A stretch of 64,000 bases of DNA from an uncultured Actinomycetota bacterium (GTDB taxonomy: Bacteria; Actinomycetota; Actinomycetes; JAFAQI01), in assembly GCA_963770565.1 (NCBI GenBank), contig CAVYQE010000002.1:480001-544000 (forward strand). Direction: 5' to 3'. Both the position numbers and the translations under genes were made by a program. This document shows positions 18,082 through 27,115 of this stretch, in pieces. Each line of letters begins with the position of its first letter. Positions within the stretch are counted from its first letter, which is position 1. The notes below the pieces were generated by a model. That model saw only the letters and a list, made by a program, of their open reading frames with translations, was not told the DNA's origin and made no database searches.

Positions 18082-19314
18082 ATGAGGAGGCTCGTGAGCG
18101 ACGCCGACGGACATGCGTCGTACCGCCGGGTGTTCGCGGTCGGTGAGTTCCGGGCGCTGTTCACCGCCCAGGTCGTCTCGGTGCTGGGCAACGTCATCGC
18201 GCAGGTCGCGCTGGCCGTCCTCGTCTACGACCGCACCGGATCGGCGCTGCTGTCGGCGTTGACCTTCACGCTGGGGTTCGTCCCCTTCCTGATCGGCGGG
18301 ACGCTCCTCGCGGGTGTGGTGGACCGGCTGCCGCCGCGCCGGACCCTGGTCAGCTGCGATCTGGTCAGTGCGGTCGTCGTGGGGTTGATGGTGCTGCCGG
18401 TTCCGGTGCCGGTTCTGCTGGTCCTGATCTTCGTGGCCGGCCTGGTCGACCCGGTGTTCGCCGGCGTGCGGGCCGCGATCCTGCCGGAGGTGCTCGGCAC
18501 CGGACCCGAGTTCGTCTTAGGACGCGCGCTGTTCGGCATGGTCTGGCAAGGCGCTCAGGTGATGGGGTACGCCGCCGGCGGCCTCCTGCTGGCGGCGGTC
18601 GGAGCTCGCGGTGCGCTGGCGCTCGACGCGGTGTCCTTCCTCGGCTCCGCGATTCTCGTCCGGCTCGGCACCCGGCGCCGGGATCCGACCGCGCCGAGCA
18701 GCGAGAACCTGATGCGCGACTCGCTGCGCAGCGTCGGCGAGATCCTCCGGATCCCACGGCTGCGCCAACTGATGCTGCTGCACTGGCTCGTGCCGACCTG
18801 CGCACTGGCACCCGAAGCCTTGATCGCGCCGTACGTTCATCTGCTGCATCGGCCGACCAGCGACGTCGGTGTTCTCCTGTGTGCGGTCGCGGCCGGGATG
18901 CTGGTGTCGAACCTCGTGATCGGCCGGGCGCTCACAGTTCGGATGCAACGGCGCCTGATGGCGCCGGTCGCGCTGCTGACGGTGGTGCCCCTAATCGCGT
19001 TCGCGGCGCCACTCGGAGTGGCCCTGAGCATCGTCGCGCTCGCGGTCAGTGGGCTCGGCAGCTGCTTCAACCTGGGCCGGGATGCCGCCTTCATCGCGGC
19101 CATTCCGGAGCCGCTCCGCGGGCGCGCGCTGGCGGTCGACGGCTCTGGGCTGATGGTCGTCCAGGGCATCGGTTTCGCGTTCTGGGGGGCCATGGCCGAG
19201 TTCCTTCCGCTGCGATCGACCATCGCGATCGCAGGCATGGCCGGCGTGATAGTCATAGTGGTCCTCACCTGGCCGACCGGGCCGAGGCGCGCATACCGGG
19301 GCAAAAACATTTAG
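18082..19314 (+). CDS. MFS transporter (12 TM)
   Basis: EFRALFTAQVVSVLGN, YDRTGSAL, VDRLPPRRTLVSCDL, PEPLRGRA; start 18082 or 18094. Confidence 0.88.
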   Translation: MRRLVSDADGHASYRRVFAVGEFRALFTAQVVSVLGNVIAQVALAVLVYDRTGSALLSALTFTLGFVPFLIGGTLLAGVVDRLPPRRTLVSCDLVSAVVVGLMVLPVPVPVLLVLIFVAGLVDPVFAGVRAAILPEVLGTGPEFVLGRALFGMVWQGAQVMGYAAGGLLLAAVGARGALALDAVSFLGSAILVRLGTRRRDPTAPSSENLMRDSLRSVGEILRIPRLRQLMLLHWLVPTCALAPEALIAPYVHLLHRPTSDVGVLLCAVAAGMLVSNLVIGRALTVRMQRRLMAPVALLTVVPLIAFAAPLGVALSIVALAVSGLGSCFNLGRDAAFIAAIPEPLRGRALAVDGSGLMVVQGIGFAFWGAMAEFLPLRSTIAIAGMAGVIVIVVLTWPTGPRRAYRGKNI

Positions 19315-19326
19315 TACGCTACAGAT

Positions 19327-19611
19327 GTGGCGAAGGACCTTGAGCGACGCAGGCTGGCGATCGTCGAGGCGCTCCGGGCGGTCATGGCCGAGCCCCTGAC
19401 CACCGACGAAGCAATCGAAGCCACCCACGCCGAGCCGGCGCCCGCCGGCCGGATACCGGGCTGGCTCGCGCCACTGGACGAGTTCGACGAGACCGGCTGG
19501 GACGAGGAATGGCAGGAGCTCGACGACCCGGAGCGGCCGGTCGTCCCGCCGCTGGAAGCCGCTGGCGCGATGTCGAGCCGGGCGTCGCTCGCGCTGTTCG
19601 GCCACGCCTGA
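19327..19611 (+). CDS. Hypothetical acidic protein
   Basis: Fills the gap between MFS and pirin; D/E/W-rich centre; no family recognised. Confidence 0.5.
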   Translation: MAKDLERRRLAIVEALRAVMAEPLTTDEAIEATHAEPAPAGRIPGWLAPLDEFDETGWDEEWQELDDPERPVVPPLEAAGAMSSRASLALFGHA

Positions 19612-19621
19612 GCGTCAGGCG

Positions 19622-20377
19622 CTACGCCAGTCCGGCGTGCATCTCCCAGACCAGGATCTCGGCGTCGGTCACGGCCGTGATCCGCTGACCGCCGGTGGCG
19701 GTGAACCGGACCGCATCTCCCGCGCGGAGCGCGCCGGCCGCCTCGAGCTCGACGGCACCAGTCGCCACGAAGAGATGCAGGTACGGCGCTTCGGGCAACG
19801 TCACCGACTCGCCGGGCGCCAGCCGGGCGGCGTACAGAGCAGCATGTTCGTTGCCGATGTGGATCGCGGTCTCGTCCTCGTGCTTGGCCATCCCTGAGGC
19901 GACCGGCACGAGCGACCCGCGCAGCCGCGCGTCGTCGATCTCCAGCTGCTCGTAGCCGGGGGTGCGGCCGCTCGCGTCGGGCAGGACCCACATCTGGACG
20001 AAGTGGACCGGCTCGGCGTGCTGATCACCGCCCTGCAGCCGCCACGAGTCGTTCTTCTCCGAGTGCAGGATGCCGGCGCCCGCACTCATGCGCTGCGCCA
20101 GCCCGGGATAGATCACCCCGGAGTGCCCGGTCGAGTCCTGGTGCACCAGCGAGCCACGAAGCACCCACGTCACGATTTCCATGTCGCGGTGCGGATGGGT
20201 CTCGAAGCCGGTGCCGGGGTCGACGATGTCGTCGTTGTTGACCAACAGCAATCCGTGGTGCGTGTTGTGCGGGTCGTAGTGCGAGCCGAACGAGAACGAG
20301 TGCTTCGAGTCCAGCCATGAGATCTTCGTCGCGAACCGCTCGTCGGCCCGACGCAGATCAACAACTGCCTGAGTCAT
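19622..20377 (-). CDS. Pirin family protein
   Basis: SKHSFSFG, GFETHPHRDMEIVTWV, HQDSTG, MSAGAGILHSE. Confidence 0.95.
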   Translation of the reverse strand: MTQAVVDLRRADERFATKISWLDSKHSFSFGSHYDPHNTHHGLLLVNNDDIVDPGTGFETHPHRDMEIVTWVLRGSLVHQDSTGHSGVIYPGLAQRMSAGAGILHSEKNDSWRLQGGDQHAEPVHFVQMWVLPDASGRTPGYEQLEIDDARLRGSLVPVASGMAKHEDETAIHIGNEHAALYAARLAPGESVTLPEAPYLHLFVATGAVELEAAGALRAGDAVRFTATGGQRITAVTDAEILVWEMHAGLA

Positions 20378-20424
20378 GCCACCTCAACTCGACCCGGCCG
20401 CCTGCTGTTCCCGCTTCATCCTGC

Positions 20425-21810
20425 TCACCCCGCGTCGAACAAGACGCCGGGGTTCAAGCGACCGGCCGGGTCGAGCGCGACCTTGATCGCGCGCATCGCC
20501 GCGACCTCCTCGGCCGACCGCGACAGCGACAACCACTCGCGCTTTGCCCGCCCGACGCCGTGTTCGGCGCTGATCGACCCGCCGTACGACGCGATCAACG
20601 TCAACACCGCGTCGGTCACCGCCTCTCCCGCATCGAGCGCGTCGAGGACGTTGACGTGCAGGTTGCCTTCGTTGACATGGCCATAGAGGACCGTCCGAGC
20701 CTGCGGCACCACGGCTTCGATCGTGCCCGGCAACGCCGCGCACACCTCGGCAAGGGCCGCCAATGGCACGGCCACGTCGAGCTTCACCGGCACGCCGGCG
20801 GCGCCCACCGCCTCGGTGTGCGACTCGCGGTAGGCCCACAGTCCGTGCCGGCCGCGCGGGTCGCTCGCGACGACCGCATCCAGCACGAGGTCGCCGGCTT
20901 CGTCGAGGGCAGCCAGCAGATCGTCGGTCGGATCGGCGCGACCGGCACACTCGACGAGGACGTAGGCCGGGTAGTCGGTCGGGAACGGCGCGGCCAGGCC
21001 GGCATGGGCGCGCACCAGAGCCAGCCCGTGCGCGAAGAAGAGCTCAGCCGCCTCCAGCGACTCGAGGGCGCGCATCGCCCGCACGAACTCGACCGCTTCG
21101 GCCGTGCCCGCGACCGCGACGAGGGCCACCACCCGGGCCTCGAGCAACGGCACCAGCTTCAGCCGTAGGCGGGTGATCACGGCCAGCGTGCCCTCCGACC
21201 CGGCCAGCAGTGACACCAGGTCGTACCCGGTGTTGTCCTTGGGCAAGCCGGCCAGTCTGGCCACGACCGAACCGTCGGCCAGCACTGCTTCGATGCCGAC
21301 CAGCTGCGCCCGCATCGTCCCGTAGCGCAGGACCCGCTCACCACCGGCGTTGGTCGCGACCATCCCGCCGACCGTGCACGAGTCGCGGGCGGCGAAGTCG
21401 ACGCCGAGATCGAGGCCGTGGGCGCGGACCGCGTCTTGGAGGGCGGCCAACGTGCAGCCGGCGCCGACGGTGACCTGGCCGGAGACCAGATCCACCGGCT
21501 CGATCCGGTCGAGCCGGACCGTACTCATCAGCACGCAGCCATCAACCGGAACCGACGCCCCGACCAGCCCGGTGTTGCCGCCCTGAATGCAGATCGACAC
21601 CCCGGCGTCGGCGCAGGCCTTGACGACCGCTGCGACCTCGGCGGTCGAACCCGGCCGCACCACGCATCGGGCCCGGCCGTGGAAGCGGCCAGTCCAGTCG
21701 GTCTCGTACGACGCGACGACCGAGGGGTCGTCGAGCACATGCGCGTCGCCGACGATCAGCCGCAGCGACGTGGCCAGGCTGTCACTCGTGACGGACGAGC
21801 CGGCGGTCAC
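20425..21810 (-). CDS. FAD-linked oxidoreductase, D-2-hydroxyglutarate/D-lactate dehydrogenase-like (VAO/PCMH family)
   Basis: QGGNTGLVG, GGMVATNAGG, KDNTGYDL, GSEGTLAVIT, GHVNEGNLH, SISAEHGVG, LNPG. Confidence 0.9.
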   Translation of the reverse strand: MTAGSSVTSDSLATSLRLIVGDAHVLDDPSVVASYETDWTGRFHGRARCVVRPGSTAEVAAVVKACADAGVSICIQGGNTGLVGASVPVDGCVLMSTVRLDRIEPVDLVSGQVTVGAGCTLAALQDAVRAHGLDLGVDFAARDSCTVGGMVATNAGGERVLRYGTMRAQLVGIEAVLADGSVVARLAGLPKDNTGYDLVSLLAGSEGTLAVITRLRLKLVPLLEARVVALVAVAGTAEAVEFVRAMRALESLEAAELFFAHGLALVRAHAGLAAPFPTDYPAYVLVECAGRADPTDDLLAALDEAGDLVLDAVVASDPRGRHGLWAYRESHTEAVGAAGVPVKLDVAVPLAALAEVCAALPGTIEAVVPQARTVLYGHVNEGNLHVNVLDALDAGEAVTDAVLTLIASYGGSISAEHGVGRAKREWLSLSRSAEEVAAMRAIKVALDPAGRLNPGVLFDAG

Positions 21811-23030
21811 GACAACACGCGCAGGCGGACCGTCTCGGGCATGGCCGCCAGCTCGGAAGGAACCGCGGGTGGGTAGTCCACCGCCACGTCGGTGATGACA
21901 TAGCCGAGGTCGCCCCGGGTGCCGAGCAACTGCCCCTCGATGTTGACCTTGTGCTCGGCCAGCAGCCCGTTGATCGTGGCCAGTACGCCCGGCACGTTGT
22001 GATGCAAGTGGGCGATCCGGTGCGTGCCGGGGCGCTCGGGCAGTTGCAGGTGCGGGAGGTTCACGCTCATCGTCGACGCGCCGTCGACCAGATAGTCACG
22101 CAGCTTTCCGGCGACGTATCCGCCGATGTCTTGCTGCGCCTCCTCGGTCGACCCACCGATGTGCGGCGTGAGGATGACATTGCGCATCCCCCGCAGCTCC
22201 GAGACGAACTCCTCGCCGCGCGCCTTGGGCTCGTTCGGGAAGACGTCGATCGCCGCGCCGACCAGGTGACCCGACTCGAGATGACGGCGCAGCGAGCCGT
22301 GGTCGACGAGGAAACCGCGCGAGAGGTTCAGGAACAACGCGCCCGATCGCATCCGGGCGAACTGCTCCTCGCCGAACATGTCGGCATTGCCGGGTCGTCC
22401 GTCGACGTGCAGCGTCACGATGTCGACGGACGACAGGAGCTCGTCCAGGCTCTCGCAGGCCCGGGCGTTGCCGAGCGCCAGCTTGTCGGCGGTGTCGTAG
22501 AAGGACACCGACATTCCCAACGACTCGGCGAGCACTGACAGCTGCGCACCGATGTTTCCGTAGCCGACGATGCCGAGCCGGCGGCCGCGGATCTCGTGCG
22601 CGCCCGATGCGGACTTGTCCCAGACGCCGGCGTGCAGGTCGGCGCTCTTGTCGGTCAACCGCCGGGTGAGCGCGATGATCTCTGCGATCGCCAGCTCGAC
22701 GACGCTCCGGGTGTTCGAGAACGGCGCGTTGAAGACCGCGATGCCGCGCTCCGATGCCGCACCGAGATCGATCTGGTTGGTACCGATGCAGAACGCGCCG
22801 ATCGCCAACAGGTCCGGCGCGGCCTCGACCACCGCGGCCGTGACCTCGCTCTTCGAGCGGATCCCGAGCAGGTGCACCCCGGCGAGTCGGTCGGACAGCT
22901 CGCCCGGATCGAGCGCGCCACCGACGTGCTCGACGCTCACGCCGGCTGCTTCGAGCAGCGCGACCGCGTCGTTGTGGACGCCCTCGAGCAGGAGGGCATG
23001 CGCGACACCGGACAGGTTGGGTGAGCTCAC
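21807..23030 (-). CDS. serA: D-3-phosphoglycerate dehydrogenase, E. coli-type with ACT domain
   Basis: LGIRSK, FCIGTNQ, VFNAPFSNTRSVVE, GYGNIG, TPHIGGSTEEAQ, HHNVPGVL; GTG 23030 gives 407 aa. Confidence 0.95.
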   Translation of the reverse strand: MSSPNLSGVAHALLLEGVHNDAVALLEAAGVSVEHVGGALDPGELSDRLAGVHLLGIRSKSEVTAAVVEAAPDLLAIGAFCIGTNQIDLGAASERGIAVFNAPFSNTRSVVELAIAEIIALTRRLTDKSADLHAGVWDKSASGAHEIRGRRLGIVGYGNIGAQLSVLAESLGMSVSFYDTADKLALGNARACESLDELLSSVDIVTLHVDGRPGNADMFGEEQFARMRSGALFLNLSRGFLVDHGSLRRHLESGHLVGAAIDVFPNEPKARGEEFVSELRGMRNVILTPHIGGSTEEAQQDIGGYVAGKLRDYLVDGASTMSVNLPHLQLPERPGTHRIAHLHHNVPGVLATINGLLAEHKVNIEGQLLGTRGDLGYVITDVAVDYPPAVPSELAAMPETVRLRVLS

Positions 23031-23093
23031 CGAGCGCCTCAGATCAGGATGGATGGGCCGGGTTCCGGCACCTTCGAGTCTAAGGAACGGCGA

Positions 23094-23125
23094 TTCGTCC
23101 GATCCGGTTGGGCGGTTCGCCCGAA
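23094..23125. promoter_or_regulatory. Putative SigK-type ECF promoter(s)
   Basis: Plus strand GATCC-n16-CGAA (23101-23125); minus strand AACC-n16-CGAA overlapping it. Confidence 0.45.
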
Positions 23126-23186
23126 TATCCCTGTTGTGAGGAGTCTGCGCGGCGACGCCGCGCGCAAGATGCGCCAGAGTGGACGG

Positions 23187-23768
23187 ATGTCCGCGACGTC
23201 CCTCGAGGACGCCGCCCTGCTGAAGGCCGTCAACAGCGGCGACGAGGGCGCGCTCGAGACGCTCTACCGCCGCTACGGCGGGGCGTGCTTCGCGCTGGCT
23301 CGCCGGATCCTCGATGACAACCAGCTCGCCGAGGACGTGGTGCAGCAGGTCTTCACCGCGCTGTGGAAGGGCAGCGGGTACGACGCGAGCCGGGGGGCGG
23401 TCAGCACCTGGCTGATGTCGGTCACCCACCACAAGTCGATCGACGTACTCCGCCGGGAGGGACCGCGGCGTACCCGGTTGGCGTCCGAGCAGGCGCTGCT
23501 CGAGGTGGCGATGACCGGGCCGGGTCCCGACGAGGAAGCCTGGATGCAGCTGCGGGCCCAACGCACCCGGGAGTCGCTGAAGACCCTGCCGCCCGAGCAG
23601 CGGGAGTTGCTGCTGCTCGCCTACTACGGCGGCTACACCCAGGCCGAGATCGCCGGGCTGACCGGCCTGCCGCTCGGCACGGTCAAGAGCCGCACGCTGA
23701 CTGCGATGCGCAAGCTGCGGACCCTACTCGTCGGATCGGTCGATGTCGACGGGACGGTGCTGCCATGA
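23187..23768 (+). CDS. sigK: ECF sigma factor, SigK-like
   Basis: AEDVVQQVF, YDASRGAVSTWL, LAYYGGYTQAEIA...PLGTVKSR; paired with RskA-like gene. Confidence 0.85.
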   Translation: MSATSLEDAALLKAVNSGDEGALETLYRRYGGACFALARRILDDNQLAEDVVQQVFTALWKGSGYDASRGAVSTWLMSVTHHKSIDVLRREGPRRTRLASEQALLEVAMTGPGPDEEAWMQLRAQRTRESLKTLPPEQRELLLLAYYGGYTQAEIAGLTGLPLGTVKSRTLTAMRKLRTLLVGSVDVDGTVLP

Positions 23769-24469
23769 CCGGCCACGACCAGTGGGACGAGCTCGCGGCT
23801 GGCTACGCCTTGCACGCGCTGAGCCCCGAGGACTCGGAGCGGTTCGTCGCGCATCTCGAAGGCTGCACGGAGTGCGCGGAGAGCCTGGCCCAGCATGAAT
23901 ATGTCGCTGCCCAGCTCGGCTCGATCTCGCACTTCCCGGACACCGACGATGCGCCTTCGTGGGAGTCGATCCGGGCCTCGGTGATCGGCGCCCGCGAGCC
24001 AGGTGCGCCGGTCGTCGATCTTGCCCAGCGGCGCCGGTATGCGGTGTCTCGTCGGGCTCTCGCCGCTGCTGCGGCCGTCGTCATCGTGGCCGGTGGCGGG
24101 ATCGTGACCTGGCGACTCACCACGGGCGGGTCGTCGAGCTGCGTGGCGTCGAGCGGCTGCCACCTGGTCAAGCTCGATGCCGGCAACCGCACGCTCGCCT
24201 CACTGGTGGTGCACGACAACCGGGTCACCGTGACGCCGACCGACATGCCGGCCGCGCCGACCGGCAAGGTCTACGTGCTGTGGCAGCTGCCGCGCAACGG
24301 CCGGGCCAAGGCGATCGGCGAGTTCACCGCCGGCAGCGGAGCGAACGCCGCCACGTCGGCACTGACCGCGCCGTACTCGGACACTGCAGCGTTCGCGGTC
24401 AGTCTCGAGCCCGCCGGCCCGCCACCCGTCATGCCCTCCAACACGCTCGCCTCCGGTACCGCTCCCTGA
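23765..24469 (+). CDS. rskA: Anti-sigma-K factor with ZAS zinc motif
   Basis: ATGA overlap; GYALHAL, HLEGCTEC, TM helix, PTGKVYVLW, FAVSLEPAG. Confidence 0.85.
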   Translation: MTGHDQWDELAAGYALHALSPEDSERFVAHLEGCTECAESLAQHEYVAAQLGSISHFPDTDDAPSWESIRASVIGAREPGAPVVDLAQRRRYAVSRRALAAAAAVVIVAGGGIVTWRLTTGGSSSCVASSGCHLVKLDAGNRTLASLVVHDNRVTVTPTDMPAAPTGKVYVLWQLPRNGRAKAIGEFTAGSGANAATSALTAPYSDTAAFAVSLEPAGPPPVMPSNTLASGTAP

Positions 24470-24472
24470 CAT

Positions 24473-24553
24473 AGCAATGTCACATTGCCCAGGCGTTTCT
24501 TGGGGTGATGTCACATTCCCCCGGCGATCAGCGGGGCTATGTGACATTGCTTG
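24473..24553. repeat. Family B element, copy B2
   Basis: AGCAATGTCACATTGCCC...GATGTCACATT...TATGTGACATTGCTTGG; cores at 24479, 24510, 24541. Confidence 0.93.
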
Positions 24554-24589
24554 GTACGGCGGGCGGCGCCGCGCTGTCAGACTCAGCTC

Positions 24590-25018
24590 GTGGCGAGCAT
24601 CTGGGGGGTGACCCCGCGCCAGAGCGTCGACGCCGCGTGCGCGCGGGTGGGCGTGTCCGGGGTGGTCACGCTCTGTGTGGCGATTCTCGGCGGCGAGGAG
24701 GTCGACCCGGCCTTCCTGCTAGTGATCGGTGGGCCTGGCGCGCGCAACGTTCTCGACGGCCGCGAAGGCGGAGTGACCGGCTGCTGGCCGCGGACCTGGG
24801 CGCTTCGAGCCCTGCTCTACGCGTGGGACGAGCAAGCAAGTGCCATGGTGCTCGCGGCGACGACCGACGAACATTGGCGGGTGCGCGAGATGGCCGCCAA
24901 GGTGATCGCGAAACACCAGCTCGACGAAGGGCTGGAGGCGGTCGGGCACCTGCGCGCGGACCCGGTTCCCCGGGTACGCGCCGCCGCCGCCAGGGCACAA
25001 CGCCGCCTCACCGAATAG
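24590..25018 (+). CDS. HEAT-repeat protein
   Basis: WPRTWALRALLYAWD, DEHWRVREMAAKV, DPVPRVRAAAARA; CAGACT 6 nt before GTG suggests leaderless. Confidence 0.8.
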   Translation: MASIWGVTPRQSVDAACARVGVSGVVTLCVAILGGEEVDPAFLLVIGGPGARNVLDGREGGVTGCWPRTWALRALLYAWDEQASAMVLAATTDEHWRVREMAAKVIAKHQLDEGLEAVGHLRADPVPRVRAAAARAQRRLTE

Positions 25019-25023
25019 CGCTC

Positions 25024-25107
25024 AAAGCAATGTCACATCGCCCAGAGGATCGTGGGGGTGGAGTCACATTGCCCCCACGAAGTGCGGGGCAATGTGACAT
25101 TGCTTGG
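25024..25107. repeat. Family B element, copy B3
   Basis: Cores at 25032, 25063, 25094; nearly the reverse complement of B1 including spacer CCCCCACGAAGTGCGGGG. Confidence 0.95.
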
Positions 25108-25116
25108 TACGGGGGG

Positions 25117-25794
25117 CTAACCGAGGGCGGCGGCAGCGATTCGGAGATCGGCGACGAAGTTGGCGTACGCCACCTCCTGCTCGTCGGCACGGAGGACCGC
25201 CGACGGGTGAAAAGTTGCCATCGCGAACGCACCGCTGGGCGCGCCGTCATCGCCGTCGTGACCGAAGTCCCGGGGGTGCTCGGCACACGCCGGCCACGGC
25301 ATCAACAACCCCCGGGAGCGGGTGACCCGAAAGCTCGGGCCGAACAACGCTTTCGCAGCGGTTGCGCCAAGGGCGACTACCACGTCGGGTGAGAGCAGCG
25401 CGAACTCCGCGAGGAGCCACGGGCGGCAGGCTTCGACATCGGCCGCGTCCGGGGTGGCATGGATCCGCCGTTGGCCGGCGGCGCCCCGCCGGAACTTGAA
25501 GTGCTTGACCGCGTTCGTCGTATAGATGTCGGACCGGTCCAAGCCGGCTTCATCCACGGCTCGGTCGAGCAACTTCCCGGCCGGCCCGACGAACGGTTCG
25601 CCGCGCCGGTCCTCGATGTCGCCCGGCTGCTCGCCGACGAACACCAGCCGAGCCGCGATCGGGCCCTTGCTGAACACGGTCTGCGTCGTCCCGAGATGGA
25701 GCGGGCAGCCGGTGCAGCCGGCCGCCGCGGCGCGCAACCGGTCGATTCCCGCACCCACGGGTACGAAGTCGGTGGCGCTGCTCACGCCGATCAC
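25117..25794 (-). CDS. udgX: UdgX family uracil-DNA binding protein
   Basis: CTGCPL, GEQPG, PFVGPAG, TNAVKHFKF, R-loop QRRIH, ACRPWL, HPSAVLR. Confidence 0.9.
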   Translation of the reverse strand: MIGVSSATDFVPVGAGIDRLRAAAAGCTGCPLHLGTTQTVFSKGPIAARLVFVGEQPGDIEDRRGEPFVGPAGKLLDRAVDEAGLDRSDIYTTNAVKHFKFRRGAAGQRRIHATPDAADVEACRPWLLAEFALLSPDVVVALGATAAKALFGPSFRVTRSRGLLMPWPACAEHPRDFGHDGDDGAPSGAFAMATFHPSAVLRADEQEVAYANFVADLRIAAAALG

Positions 25795-25795
25795 C

Positions 25796-27115
25796 TCACG
25801 GCACCGGATCCAGGGCGTCGTACTTTGCGAACGAACGGAATCTAGCCGCTAGCGCACCGAGACCGACCAGGCAGGCGAGCCCGCCCGAGACCACCGCGAA
25901 CTCGGTACCGGCCAGGCTCGCCACCGTCCCGGCCTCGAGATCGCCGAAGCGCGGGCCGCCGGTCACGACGACGACGAAGACCCCCTGCAGCCGGCCACGG
26001 AGCGAGTCGGGGGTCGCGACCTGCAGGATCGTGTTGCGGAAGATCGCGCTGACCATGTCCGCCGCGCCCGCGATTGCGAGCAACGCGAATCCGAACCACA
26101 GCACCCGGGCGAAGCCGAAGCCAGCGATCGACGCACCCCACACGCCGACCGCGATCAGCACGGCCAGCCCTTGTCGGCGGACCCGACCGGCCCACCCGGA
26201 GAGGCCGGCCCCGACCAAGGCACCGACCGAAGGCGCGGCGTAAAGCAGGCCTGCCGTGCCCGCGCCGCCATGAAAGGTATTGATCGCCAACGCAGGAAAC
26301 AACGCTCGGGGCATCCCGAACACCATCGCGTTGATGTCGACCAGAAAGGTCATCAACAGATTCTTTCGAGGTGCCAGGAACCGGAAGCCCTCGGCCACCG
26401 ACCGTACGCCGGGGCGACCCGCGCCACCGTGTGGCGGAAGCGGCGGCAGCCGATACATCGCGTAAAGGATCGCTGAGAACGACACCACGTCGAGGCCGTA
26501 GGCGTAGGGAAACCCGAGCGACCCGATGATCAAGCCGGCCAACAGCGGGCCGGCGGTCAGCGCGGTGTTCTGGCTGATCTGGCCGAGCGCGTTGGCGGCC
26601 GGGATCAGCTCGCGCCGGACCAGCCGCGGCACCATCGAGGTGCGGGCCGAGAAGTCGATCGAGGTCACCCCGGCCTGGATGCCGAGCAGGACGTAGATGA
26701 CCGACACCCGGTCGAGGTGCACCGCGGCCTGCACGAGCAACAGCGCGGAGAGCACCGTCAGCGCGGTGCTCGTGATCAGCGCGAGGCGGCGCCGGTCCAT
26801 CGCGTCGGCCACCGACCCGCCGAGCAGGCCGCCGGCCACCACCGGGCCGACCGTCACGAGGCCGGTCAGCCCGACGTAGAACGACGAATGGGTGAGATGA
26901 AAGACCTGCAGCTGCGCGGCAACGAGGGTGAGCTGGCTGCCGACGTTGGAGACGACATAGCCGCCCCACCACCGGCGGTAATCGGCGCTTTCCCGAAGCG
27001 GGGTCAGATCTGCGGCGACCCGCTGCCACTGGAGGCGCTGACGGCTCGGGATTCGCGGGCCATCCGGCTCGGGCTCGGCCTCCCGCCCGTCCTCCTCGCC
27101 GACCGCCCCCGTCAC
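25796..27115 (-). CDS. MFS transporter (EntS-like)
   Basis: DLTPLRES, ADAMDRRR, FLVDINAMVFGMPRALFP, LRGRLQGVF; GTGA overlap with pdxH. Confidence 0.9.
   Translation of the reverse strand: MTGAVGEEDGREAEPEPDGPRIPSRQRLQWQRVAADLTPLRESADYRRWWGGYVVSNVGSQLTLVAAQLQVFHLTHSSFYVGLTGLVTVGPVVAGGLLGGSVADAMDRRRLALITSTALTVLSALLLVQAAVHLDRVSVIYVLLGIQAGVTSIDFSARTSMVPRLVRRELIPAANALGQISQNTALTAGPLLAGLIIGSLGFPYAYGLDVVSFSAILYAMYRLPPLPPHGGAGRPGVRSVAEGFRFLAPRKNLLMTFLVDINAMVFGMPRALFPALAINTFHGGAGTAGLLYAAPSVGALVGAGLSGWAGRVRRQGLAVLIAVGVWGASIAGFGFARVLWFGFALLAIAGAADMVSAIFRNTILQVATPDSLRGRLQGVFVVVVTGGPRFGDLEAGTVASLAGTEFAVVSGGLACLVGLGALAARFRSFAKYDALDPVP

Noticed and set aside
23031-23561. Long N-terminal extension of SerA in the ORF track
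   Set aside because: Overlaps sigK antisense; SerA similarity starts near 23030.
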